Positions 1 to 8,761 of a DNA stretch of 61,162 nucleotides are shown here, one piece after another. Source of the DNA: an uncultured Bdellovibrionales bacterium (GTDB taxonomy: Bacteria; Bdellovibrionota; Bdellovibrionia; Bdellovibrionales; UBA1609); NCBI GenBank assembly GCA_938001965.1, contig CALLBC010000062.1:1-61162 (forward strand), read 5' to 3'. The translations under genes and the position numbers were made by a program. The number at the start of each line of letters is the position of its first letter. Positions within the stretch are counted from its first letter, which is position 1. The notes under the pieces were generated by a model, which saw only the letters and a list, made by a program, of their open reading frames with translations, was not told the DNA's origin and did not search any database.

Positions 1-279
1 ATTAGTGCCACCAAAACCAATATGAGAGGTGCCAGGGGCTAAGCCAGGTGGTGTATATATATGGCTATTCTCTTGAGATAAAAAGTACACACCACTTACG
101 AAAAAAGTGAATTTAGCATTAAAACGATCAGCATTTTCTAGAATGTTTTCCCACATATTTAGGTTTTTTGAACCATCAAAACTCACCATTACATATTGAA
201 CTTTTTTTTCAGCTTGAATGGATAATGAAAAAAAAGGACTAAGAATAAATAAAATTATGAATAAGTTTTTGATAAGCAT
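1..279 (-). CDS. Polysaccharide deacetylase (CE4/NodB-like) family protein, N-terminal fragment; gene runs off the left edge
   Basis: Not in the ORF track because the window edge truncates it. The reverse complement of 1-279 reads in frame from ATG (279-277): MLIKNLFIILFILSPFFSLSIQAEKKVQYVMVSFDGSKNLNMWENILENADRFNAKFTFFVSGVYFLSQENSHIYTPPGLAPGTSHIGFGGTN. It has a signal-peptide-like start, then SFDG and FTFFVSG segments resembling CE4 deacetylase motifs. Family call from memory only. Confidence 0.45.
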   Translation of the reverse strand, partial: MLIKNLFIILFILSPFFSLSIQAEKKVQYVMVSFDGSKNLNMWENILENADRFNAKFTFFVSGVYFLSQENSHIYTPPGLAPGTSHIGFGGTN

Positions 280-386
280 GCCCCTTGTAAACCCTAGAAA
301 TATAAATATTAGTACTGAGCAAATGATGCTAATTATTTATGAAATATTGTAAAAGCTATAGGGTGCAATAGTCTTAAAGGCTTGTT

Positions 387-1433
387 TTAATTGCTGAATA
401 GGTCTTTACAGCTTCTTATGACAGACTTTAGCTTCGGTTTTACCTTTTCATTAGAAAGCTTTTTAGCTTGAGCTATAACCTTAGGGAACGCTTTTAAAAC
501 ATTTATGCGGATGGCATCTCCTTTTAATGATAGTAAAATTGAGCCGCCGGGAGCTAATGGAAATGCTAATCTAGTAGAAATTCCAAGTTGATCTCCATGA
601 TGAACCATTTCAAAAATTGGGGGGAGCATTAGTAAGTCAGATTTGTTTATAAAAGTTCGTTCATGATTTTCAATAGTTATGCTGGAACTAAGCCCTATAT
701 CAAAATTAACAAATGGAGTATAAGTCTCTGTAGCATACCTATAATCAATTGTAGGATTTAATTGCTTACTAGTTTTATTGTCTTTTTTATTTAAATACGC
801 TGTAGCACCGGCACCTAAATAGTAATAAAATCCTAAGTTTGGTTTAATTTTTTTAAAGGGTTTAATTTTTCTTAATTTATTAAGCAGTATTTCAAGATCA
901 ACACCTAAAGATACAAATACACTCAAGTTGATGGCGATGGAACGGTCGCCAATAAGTTCTTTAGATTTTAAGTAAAATTCATTATTAAAAATTTCTATAA
1001 TTTCATTAACTTTCTCAGGAGGTAATTTATTAAAACTAATTTTTAGTATAAATTGAGTTAACTTATTAAGGTATTGTTGTTTAGTCTCCAAGAATTTTTC
1101 AATTTCTTCAGAATTTAAATTTTGATAGATGTAATTATTGTAAGAGCTCTCAGATGCTCCTATAGGTATAATAATTTCAGACAACTTTCGTTGGCTATAA
1201 TAATCACTATTCATATAGCGAGTGTAACTCTCTATATGGTCATAATTTACGCCTTTAAATGAAAATTCAGGGGCAGGTGTGCCTTTTACGGGTTTGTTGT
1301 ATTGGTCATAATGTGTTGGGAATGCTTCATTGCCAATTGGAACTGATTCAAGAGTGTTGCTGAGCGTAGGACTTAAAAATACAAAGCTAGTTATTATAAG
1401 TAAGGAGTAAAAAATTGAATTAAAATTTTTCAT
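387..1433 (-). CDS. Hypothetical exported protein (348 aa)
   Basis: Long ORF with a hydrophobic signal-like N-terminus (MKNFNSIFYSLLIITSFVFLSPTLS). No motif I recognise. Confidence 0.6.
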   Translation of the reverse strand: MKNFNSIFYSLLIITSFVFLSPTLSNTLESVPIGNEAFPTHYDQYNKPVKGTPAPEFSFKGVNYDHIESYTRYMNSDYYSQRKLSEIIIPIGASESSYNNYIYQNLNSEEIEKFLETKQQYLNKLTQFILKISFNKLPPEKVNEIIEIFNNEFYLKSKELIGDRSIAINLSVFVSLGVDLEILLNKLRKIKPFKKIKPNLGFYYYLGAGATAYLNKKDNKTSKQLNPTIDYRYATETYTPFVNFDIGLSSSITIENHERTFINKSDLLMLPPIFEMVHHGDQLGISTRLAFPLAPGGSILLSLKGDAIRINVLKAFPKVIAQAKKLSNEKVKPKLKSVIRSCKDLFSN

Positions 1434-1504
1434 TTATTTTTACTCCTTAGGTTTAGTGGTTTATGAAAAATAGCCACTTTAGCCAAGAGGCTATGAAGGG
1501 TGTA

Positions 1505-2029
1505 TTACTTCTTATCAATAGTTTGAACTTTAATTCCATTTTTTTGCATTGCTTTTGCTAAGATGGATTGAGCCGACTTTGCATAAACAGCATAAAACTC
1601 ATCATTAAATTTAGAGATGTCCCAGTCGATACCAGTATCATCAAACTCAGTTGAAAACTTAATAGATTTACCATTTTCTGAAACTCGTACATTGACCTTT
1701 TTTTTCAGTCGACCATGCTTAACATTTACAATGTTATGAGACTCTTGTTTGTGAAGTTTGGTTATTTTCTCTGCATCCGGAAGGTCGATTTGGCAAAAGT
1801 AAGATAATGTTTTTAGTCCACGTTTTAAAGTAGATCCACATTTTAAGGCATCTCTAGAGTTTAAAATATAAACCTTAGTTTTTAGGCTTAGCCCTTTAAA
1901 AAAGCCATTGGCATCTTCAGTAAAAAAAGCCTTTTCTTGGGTTTTTAAAAGCTTCATTTGAGCGCTCTGTGCAGCTAGTGGAATTAGGCTTATTGCTATA
2001 AATCCCATGATTAGTTTTGATAAATTCAT
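1505..2029 (-). CDS. Hypothetical exported protein (174 aa from refined start)
   Basis: The track ORF is 1505..2206. ATG at 2029 is preceded by GGAGG (rc of 2034-2038) with a 4-nt spacer and opens with a signal peptide (MNLSKLIMGFIAISLIPLAAQSAQ). The 59 upstream codons look non-coding. Confidence 0.55.
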   Translation of the reverse strand: MNLSKLIMGFIAISLIPLAAQSAQMKLLKTQEKAFFTEDANGFFKGLSLKTKVYILNSRDALKCGSTLKRGLKTLSYFCQIDLPDAEKITKLHKQESHNIVNVKHGRLKKKVNVRVSENGKSIKFSTEFDDTGIDWDISKFNDEFYAVYAKSAQSILAKAMQKNGIKVQTIDKK

Positions 2030-2288
2030 ACTTCCTCCGACAAAAATTGTCATAAATAGCCGCAAATAGTTCGATAAACCCGCTTGAATAGGGTTTATTT
2101 TCGATTTGAGGCCTTCTGCTATGTATATAGTGCAAAGCTCATGCACAATTTGACATGGAGCAGTGAGGTTGATAGATATGGCCCTTAAATAAAACTTAGG
2201 TTTCATTCGTGATTTACCTGTCCCGGTGGCGATAAATCAGGCATAAAGCCTATAGAATACCCTTTTCAGGTAACTTATAGGAGCCCTG

Positions 2289-2975
2289 TTGATGACCTCA
2301 CTTCCTTCCGTGGACTACGATTTTCGTAATCCAGAAGTTCTTAAGCAAGCTTTGACTCATAAGAGTTTTCACAATGAAAACTCAAATCAGTCTGTTGGCC
2401 ATAATGAAAAATTAGAATTCTTAGGTGACTCTGTTTTAGACCTAGCTTTAAGTGCTATTCTTATGAAGAAGTACCCAGAGTTAGATGAAGGCGCCTTATC
2501 AAAAATTCGCGCAAGCCTTGTGAATGAGAATTTTTTAGCGGAAATGGCCAAATCTATTGAGCTTGAAAAGTATATGTTTTTAGGGCGCGGTGAATCTAAG
2601 ATGATGGGTGCCAGTAAGCCTCGTTTACAGGCTTCATGCTTTGAAGCCGTGATTGGAGCCATGTATTTAGATGGTGGGCTAGAGCCAGCTTATGCTTGGA
2701 TAGAAAAACTATTTAATGAGAAGTTAAACCATATTAATTTAAATGATTTTTTTGCAACAGATTACAAAACAATCCTGCAAGAGAAGATTCAGAAACTATA
2801 TAAGATCACCCCTGTGTATAAATTAACTAAACAAGAGGGACCTGATCACGATAAAACTTTTTATAGTGAAATTCATATTAAAGATGAAATCTCTTTCACT
2901 GGCGTGGGTAGAACCAAAAAAGCTTCTGAACAAAGTGCCGCCAAACAAGCCTTGGAGACAATGAATGGAAAATAA
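2289..2975 (+). CDS. rnc: Ribonuclease III
   Basis: RNase III signature NEKLEFLGDSVLD and a C-terminal dsRBD (GPDHDKTFYSEI...GVGRTKKASEQSAAKQALE). The track start is TTG 2289; ATG at 2292 is equally possible. Confidence 0.95.
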   Translation: MMTSLPSVDYDFRNPEVLKQALTHKSFHNENSNQSVGHNEKLEFLGDSVLDLALSAILMKKYPELDEGALSKIRASLVNENFLAEMAKSIELEKYMFLGRGESKMMGASKPRLQASCFEAVIGAMYLDGGLEPAYAWIEKLFNEKLNHINLNDFFATDYKTILQEKIQKLYKITPVYKLTKQEGPDHDKTFYSEIHIKDEISFTGVGRTKKASEQSAAKQALETMNGK

Positions 2976-3876
2976 CTTTAAAGCTGGATTTGTAGGTGTT
3001 GTTGGAATTCCTAATATGGGTAAAAGTAGTTTGGTAAATCAGCTCATTGGTGAAAAGGTAGGTATTGTATCTGATAAGCCGCAAACAACAAGAAAGAGCG
3101 TTGTTGGCATATTTAGTAATCATGAAATGCAGGCCTTATTTGTAGATGCACCTGGCTTTATTAAAGCTGATAAGGGTTTAAATAAATTTTTGCAAGATGA
3201 AGCGGGAAGTGTGACTGATAAGTCTGATGTGTTAATGCTGTTACTGACTACTGAAGGTCATAATACTAAAACTGCACAGCGAGCCCTTGAAGAGGTGAGT
3301 AAAAAAAATAAACCTTGGTTTGTTGTGATTAATAAGATGGATACAAACCAAACTCATCGAGTTTTAATTTTAGAAGAGCTAATTAAGAAGTACAATGTGC
3401 CTGTCATTAGGCATAGTACTAAAGACCCTATGTTTGATCAGAGTGCAGAAATATTAGCTCATATCAAAAGTATTTTACCTAAATCACCAGGACCTCTTTA
3501 CGATACGGAGAGTTTTACTACTAGCCTTACTCGAGATTGGGTGTCTGAAGTTATTAGAGAAAAGTGCTTTGAGTTACTGCATCAAGAGATCCCATTTAAT
3601 GTTGCTGTTCAAGTTCAAAAATATCAAGAGTCTACGCCTAACTCTTGTGTAAAAATATACTCAGATATTATTGTGACCAAAAAAAATCATTGCCCAATGA
3701 TCATTGGTAAAAAAGGCCAAATGATTAAGGAAATTGGCATGAAGGCGAGAAAAGAAATTGAAGATCTTTTAGGTGAAAAAGTTTACTTAGAGTTATTTAC
3801 TAAAGTGAAGCCATCGTGGCTGAGTGATAACAGAATGTTAAAGGAGCTAGGCTATGTGGTCGAGAAAGACAGCTAA
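2965..3876 (+). CDS. era: GTPase Era
   Basis: G1 GIPNMGKSS, G3 DAPG, G4 NKMD, and a C-terminal KH domain (IIGKKGQMIKEIG). Overlaps the rnc 3' end by 11 nt, in the classical rnc-era order. Confidence 0.95.
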   Translation: MENNFKAGFVGVVGIPNMGKSSLVNQLIGEKVGIVSDKPQTTRKSVVGIFSNHEMQALFVDAPGFIKADKGLNKFLQDEAGSVTDKSDVLMLLLTTEGHNTKTAQRALEEVSKKNKPWFVVINKMDTNQTHRVLILEELIKKYNVPVIRHSTKDPMFDQSAEILAHIKSILPKSPGPLYDTESFTTSLTRDWVSEVIREKCFELLHQEIPFNVAVQVQKYQESTPNSCVKIYSDIIVTKKNHCPMIIGKKGQMIKEIGMKARKEIEDLLGEKVYLELFTKVKPSWLSDNRMLKELGYVVEKDS

Positions 3877-5182
3877 TACTCCCAAAGTGGCTATTATAGG
3901 CCGTCCTAATGTTGGCAAATCAACATTGTTTAATATTTTAACTCGTACAAGAAAATCAGTTGTTAAAGATGAAGCTGGAGTTACTCGCGATATACAAATT
4001 GAGCCCACTGAGTGGTGGGGTAAAAAATTTGATGTTGTAGATACCGGAGGGCTTACAGAAGCTAAGGATGAATTCTCTGTATTAATTAAGGAAAATTTAC
4101 TTTCCCTTATTGATGATTTTGACTCTTTGGTTGTGGTCATGGATGGTAAATCGGGGCTAGTGCCTGAGGACCGCCTGTTGGTGCGTTTGGCCAATGAAAG
4201 CGGTAAGCCTTTTTTGCTCGTAGTGAATAAAGTAGACCAAATGCATAAGAGTGACTTAATTTTAAGTGAGTTTTATGAGTTTGGTCAGGAAGTGATTGCC
4301 ACTTCTTTTGAGCGCAGAGATAATGTCGATGAAGTTGTTGAGTGGATTATTAAAAATGTGGAAGAGCCAAAACACACAGAAAGAGAAGGTCTGCGCATTG
4401 CCATAGTTGGTAAGCCCAATGTTGGTAAGAGCTCTTTGTGTAATTATCTTTTAGGTAAAAAAAGAATGTTGGTTTCCAATATTGCCGGCACAACGGTTGA
4501 TGCCATTGAAGATAGCTTTAGTTATAATGATAATAAGTTTATAATTGTTGATACCGCTGGGCTAAGGAGACAGGCCAAGCGTAATGATGGTGTAGAGTTT
4601 TTGTCTGCAATTAAGTCTCATAAAGCCATAGATAACTCTGATATTGTTTTGTTAATGGTTGATGGGCAAGAAGGGCCAACAAAGCAAGATGCCCATGTTG
4701 TGGAGTACATATTAAGTAAGCATAAAGCAGTTATTATGGTTGCTAATAAAGTTGATTTGGCAAAAAAGAAAATTCCAGCATTCAGAAAATGGTTTAAAGA
4801 AACTACAGTTAAAGAATTTCACTTTTTTAAAGATATTCCTATTGCCTTTACCTGTGCAAACACCGGAACTGGGGTTAATCAGTTATTAGATCAAATTATA
4901 CTGACGTGGGATCGTTTAAATATAAAGATACCAACCTCTCAATTAAATAAATTCTTTTACGATGTTATCAGGCAGGCACCCAGTCCTGTTTACGCGACTA
5001 AGAATGTGAAGTTTTATTATTTGACTCAAACTGAGCAAGTGCCGCCAAGCTTTATTGCTTTTGCAAATCAGCCAGATGGGGTGACTCCGTCTTATCGAAG
5101 GTTTTTATCAAACCGAATTAAAAAGAACTGGGACTTAGCCGGTCTTCCAGTGAGAATATTTGTTATGAAGAGTGGGCGTTGA
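3854..5182 (+). CDS. der: Ribosome-associated GTPase Der/EngA (tandem GTPase domains)
   Basis: Two P-loops (GRPNVGKST and GKPNVGKSS), two DTAG/DTGG and NKVD motifs, and a KH-like C-terminus. Overlaps era by 23 nt. Confidence 0.95.
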   Translation: MWSRKTANTPKVAIIGRPNVGKSTLFNILTRTRKSVVKDEAGVTRDIQIEPTEWWGKKFDVVDTGGLTEAKDEFSVLIKENLLSLIDDFDSLVVVMDGKSGLVPEDRLLVRLANESGKPFLLVVNKVDQMHKSDLILSEFYEFGQEVIATSFERRDNVDEVVEWIIKNVEEPKHTEREGLRIAIVGKPNVGKSSLCNYLLGKKRMLVSNIAGTTVDAIEDSFSYNDNKFIIVDTAGLRRQAKRNDGVEFLSAIKSHKAIDNSDIVLLMVDGQEGPTKQDAHVVEYILSKHKAVIMVANKVDLAKKKIPAFRKWFKETTVKEFHFFKDIPIAFTCANTGTGVNQLLDQIILTWDRLNIKIPTSQLNKFFYDVIRQAPSPVYATKNVKFYYLTQTEQVPPSFIAFANQPDGVTPSYRRFLSNRIKKNWDLAGLPVRIFVMKSGR

Positions 5183-6582
5183 AAGAAAACAGTAAGACAA
5201 CAGGTTCATTATGGAGTACGCGGCTTGGGATTTACCTGGCTGCAGTGGGCTCGGCTGTTGGTTTAGGTAACATCTGGAGATTTCCGTTTGTAGTGTCTGA
5301 AAACGGTGGTGGAGCCTTTGTACTAATTTATATCTTTTTAGGCCTCGTTGTTGGTGTTCCATTGTTAATTTGTGAGCTCATGCTTGGGCGCTTAACTAGA
5401 AAAGGAATCCTAGTTGGAACAAAAGAGATCTTGAGTTCGGCAAATTCCATTAATAAACCAGTTTGGTTAAGAACTATAGTTAAAATGGGCAGTTGTTTAA
5501 TGATGATTGTTGCCTTTTTAATGTTAGCTTACCTAACTTTAATTAGTTCTTGGGTCTTATATTTCTTATTACAATTTATTAAAAGCCTATTTGTTGAACT
5601 ACCAATGCCAGTGGGTGAGTTAATGGTGGTTTTAAAATCAAGCTTTTTAGGACAGAGTCTACTTTTGTGCTCCATAATGGTGATTGTAATCATGGTTATT
5701 GTGAGAGGAGGAGAAAGTATTTTTGAAAAGTGGGTGAGTTACCTAGTGCCTTTGTTTTCAATATTACTTGTAGTTCTTGCTGCGAAATCACTGTCTCTGG
5801 ATGTTTCTACAGAGGCTGTTAAGTATTTTTTATATCCTGATTTCTCTAAACTAAGTTTTTCCTCTGTGGGGTATGCTTTAGGGCATATATTCTTTACTTT
5901 AAGTGTTGGTCTTGGTCTTACAGTGAGTTTTGGTCGTTTTCTGAGTCCTAAAACAAATATCCCCTTAACTGGGTTTAGGGTGGCCGCTATTGACTCAACA
6001 GTGTCAATATTTGCAGGTCTTCTTGTGTTCCCATTAGTAATTAGTGGATTGTATGGTGTCGCTGATACTAGTGGTCCCTCCCTGGTTTTTGATACTGTTC
6101 CAAACTTTTTATATAAAATTGAAAATGGTAAAATATTTGGTTGTTTATTGTTTTTATGTCTATTTATATCTGCCATTGGAGCTTGTATTGGACTTTTACA
6201 CACTCTGGTTACTAATATTAAAGAGGCAAAAAAGTCAGACCATATTAAAACTACATGGGCCTGTGGGGTAGTGGGTGTACTTTTGTCTTTGATTCCCACT
6301 TTATTTTTTTCAAGGCTAAATAATATATACTTCTTTGAAAAATCATTATTTGAGCTTTTTGATATAGTACTAGTAAATATTTTATTACCAATCTCCTGCA
6401 TGATCGTGTTAATGATGGTTTATTTCTTTATTGATCATCAGACTAAAAAATCAGAATTTTTCGGTGAGAATAATTTAATTGATAAGCATACCTACTCTCA
6501 ATGGATGTTTGCGCTAAAGTATTTGATACCTGTTATTTATATATTCACATATGGTTCAATAGTTTTAAGTTGGATTTTATAG
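5179..6582 (+). CDS. Sodium-dependent transporter, NSS (SNF) family
   Basis: N-terminal W-STRLGIYLAAVGSAVGLGNIWRFPF motif typical of neurotransmitter:sodium symporters, with about 11-12 hydrophobic segments. The TTG start overlaps the der TGA stop (TTGA). No in-frame ATG precedes the conserved motif. Confidence 0.85.
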   Translation: MKENSKTTGSLWSTRLGIYLAAVGSAVGLGNIWRFPFVVSENGGGAFVLIYIFLGLVVGVPLLICELMLGRLTRKGILVGTKEILSSANSINKPVWLRTIVKMGSCLMMIVAFLMLAYLTLISSWVLYFLLQFIKSLFVELPMPVGELMVVLKSSFLGQSLLLCSIMVIVIMVIVRGGESIFEKWVSYLVPLFSILLVVLAAKSLSLDVSTEAVKYFLYPDFSKLSFSSVGYALGHIFFTLSVGLGLTVSFGRFLSPKTNIPLTGFRVAAIDSTVSIFAGLLVFPLVISGLYGVADTSGPSLVFDTVPNFLYKIENGKIFGCLLFLCLFISAIGACIGLLHTLVTNIKEAKKSDHIKTTWACGVVGVLLSLIPTLFFSRLNNIYFFEKSLFELFDIVLVNILLPISCMIVLMMVYFFIDHQTKKSEFFGENNLIDKHTYSQWMFALKYLIPVIYIFTYGSIVLSWIL

Positions 6583-6635
6583 AAAAAAACCATACAAATA
6601 TGGGCTTTTGTAATAAACTTTTTCCTATTAAAGTA

Positions 6636-8633
6636 TTAAAATAAGAACTCAATTTTTTCAACAATAGGGTAGATCTTCTTCATTAAATTTATTTCTGCTG
6701 GAGAGGCCACTCCGTATGGTGAAACTTTATCACCATTAATGTTTAATACTCCCGAGTCATTTGTAACTCCAGTTATAGAAATGCCGGATTTTTTTATTCT
6801 AGAATCAATACTAGCTTTTAATTCTGCTGCTAATGGTTTATTGTCTTCACAAAATACCCCCATTTCTGAGTTGTATATAGAAGATCGATTATCTAGGTTG
6901 TATGTACCAATATAAATGGCATCATTGCTATAAACATGAGATTTTGAATGTAATCCCCATGTTTGGTTTCTTGGGTTAACAAACTCACCATTTCTGTTTT
7001 TGACTTTTACATACTCAATGCCTTCTTTGTCTAAGCCAATAGCAGAGTGAGCCTCTAAGGCTGTGCCAGTGGCAAGAAATTTATTAACTCTTGCATAGAA
7101 TAAAGCTGCGTTGTACACGGCATCAGTGGATGCCAATGAATTTGTGTAAGCAGTTAGCTTGGCGCCGGCAGCTAAGAGTTGCTTGGTAATTAACTTCGTT
7201 CTACAGTTCTGTGATAAATAAGGAGAGCCTAATAAGATATCTTTATTTTTTTTATCTTTTAGAGTTCTGTTTATCACCTCTTCCATAACACGACCCGTGA
7301 AGCGATAGTTTTCTTTGTATTTGTTGCTTAGGTTAAAAATGGAAAGTATACGTCGGTCAATAATTGTGTTGTCAATTGGTTTATCTGTTACATACGTGGC
7401 ATTGTTGCATGACTTACTTGTAGTTGTGTTTTCATAATTACTTTTCCCAACTGTAAAAACCTTATCTTCAATATATGAAGTGTCTTTGTTAAGAATTCCT
7501 AAGGGTTTGCCCCAGTCACTATTGGCTGTGGGCATAGTGTTAAAATGACCAAAGATATCAATACCTTTTAAAAATGGAATTTCTTTTGAAGCATAAGGTT
7601 CGTTCCAATAAGCGTTGAAACTATTTTTAATAGCAACTAATAAGCCGCCTGCTTCCGCCTTTCCATTTGGTTCATAAGTAATGATTACATCACGGTCATG
7701 AAAATTGTATTTTGGATCTAGGTCAAAATATTTATCTTCAATGTTTCTTCCGCCAGTCATGGCATATTTGTCATCTACCAATAATAGTTTTCTATGATTT
7801 CTTAAGTTCACAGTCCCAACGTTATCTACAAATGATAATGCTTTTGAAATTGCATGGATCTTAGTTTTAATTTTGTCACTGACATTATAATGTTTAAAAA
7901 TAAAATTGTTTTTAATTTTTTTGTAATCAACTCCCATTTTCTCAGCTTCTTTCCTAAGTATAATATGGGCGGCTGTGTAGTAGTCACTTTTGAAATCAAG
8001 AACTGTGCCTGAAGCGTCTATTAATACACGCACTTTTACGTTCTCTAAAGCCTTTTTAATTAACTCACGAGTGATTAATATGGTTGTTAAGTTAACTTGC
8101 TTTTCTTTCTCACCCTTGATGAAATCCATTGCTGTTTCAATTTTATCCACAGACCTTTTATGAACCATTCGATAAATAAAATATTCCAGCTCGATGCTTT
8201 TCTTTGCCTTTCTAATTAAGTCAAGCCTAGCATAAAGTGAGGCTAGTCCGTTATCAATAATTCTAAATTTGGTGTTACCAGATTTGTCATTAGAAACTTC
8301 ATAATGATTCAAGGGGTCTTTGGCATTTTTTTCTAAAAGATCTGCTATTTTATTTTTATAGTCATAAGCCACACCAGTCCTGGTATTTTCTTGGGCTTTA
8401 CACCATAAACCATCTATTTCATACTGTGTCAGTTTTTTAAATTCAATAGTAGAAAAAGTGGACTTTAACTTTTCAAACTCTTTTTGGGTAATGGCTTTGG
8501 CAGAAGTTGATATTTCAGAGCTTAAATCTTTTGTTTCGACAGGTTTTTGTGTAGGTGTGTTCTGGAAATAAAAAGTTGTTGCTCCAAGCCCCAATACAAT
8601 TGCAATTACAAATACGATTTTTTTCACGATCAA
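6636..8633 (-). CDS. Exported phospholipase D family protein (two HKD motifs)
   Basis: N-terminal signal/anchor (IVKKIVFVIAIVLGLGATTFYF). First HKD is NHRKLLLVDD...GGRNI. The second is HSKSHVYSND...IGTYNLDNRS, with the Asp position slightly displaced. TTG start. Confidence 0.8.
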   Translation of the reverse strand: MIVKKIVFVIAIVLGLGATTFYFQNTPTQKPVETKDLSSEISTSAKAITQKEFEKLKSTFSTIEFKKLTQYEIDGLWCKAQENTRTGVAYDYKNKIADLLEKNAKDPLNHYEVSNDKSGNTKFRIIDNGLASLYARLDLIRKAKKSIELEYFIYRMVHKRSVDKIETAMDFIKGEKEKQVNLTTILITRELIKKALENVKVRVLIDASGTVLDFKSDYYTAAHIILRKEAEKMGVDYKKIKNNFIFKHYNVSDKIKTKIHAISKALSFVDNVGTVNLRNHRKLLLVDDKYAMTGGRNIEDKYFDLDPKYNFHDRDVIITYEPNGKAEAGGLLVAIKNSFNAYWNEPYASKEIPFLKGIDIFGHFNTMPTANSDWGKPLGILNKDTSYIEDKVFTVGKSNYENTTTSKSCNNATYVTDKPIDNTIIDRRILSIFNLSNKYKENYRFTGRVMEEVINRTLKDKKNKDILLGSPYLSQNCRTKLITKQLLAAGAKLTAYTNSLASTDAVYNAALFYARVNKFLATGTALEAHSAIGLDKEGIEYVKVKNRNGEFVNPRNQTWGLHSKSHVYSNDAIYIGTYNLDNRSSIYNSEMGVFCEDNKPLAAELKASIDSRIKKSGISITGVTNDSGVLNINGDKVSPYGVASPAEINLMKKIYPIVEKIEFLF

Positions 8634-8761
8634 TTCCTTTGGTGAAATGTGTTTACTATGTATTGTTATATCGGTTATTAAACAAATAGAGATGAGTGTT
8701 CTACAGTGAATTGTAATTTACTGGACTAGTCTTTGAGGTTGAAACGGGTGGATAGTAGCAG

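Noticed and set aside
1505-2206. Full-length 233-aa ORF and the nested 1917..2135(-) ORF
   Set aside because: The internal ATG at 2029 has a GGAGG site and yields a proper signal peptide. The upstream extension has no ribosome-binding site and an implausible sequence. The nested ORF is in another frame of the same strand and unsupported.
2387-6401. Antisense shadow ORFs 2387..2662, 2896..3123, 3847..4194, 5135..5362, 5739..6401, and the same-strand alternate-frame ORF 6044..6271
   Set aside because: Each is fully embedded in a gene with strong homology motifs (rnc, era, der, NSS transporter). Their translations are low-complexity or Ser/Leu/Lys-rich, as expected for non-coding frames of AT-rich genes.
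6636-8633. PLD-family protein as a defence-system nuclease
   Set aside because: It has an N-terminal signal/anchor and two HKD motifs in one chain, which is phospholipase / cardiolipin-synthase-like architecture. No helicase, methylase or other defence partner is adjacent.
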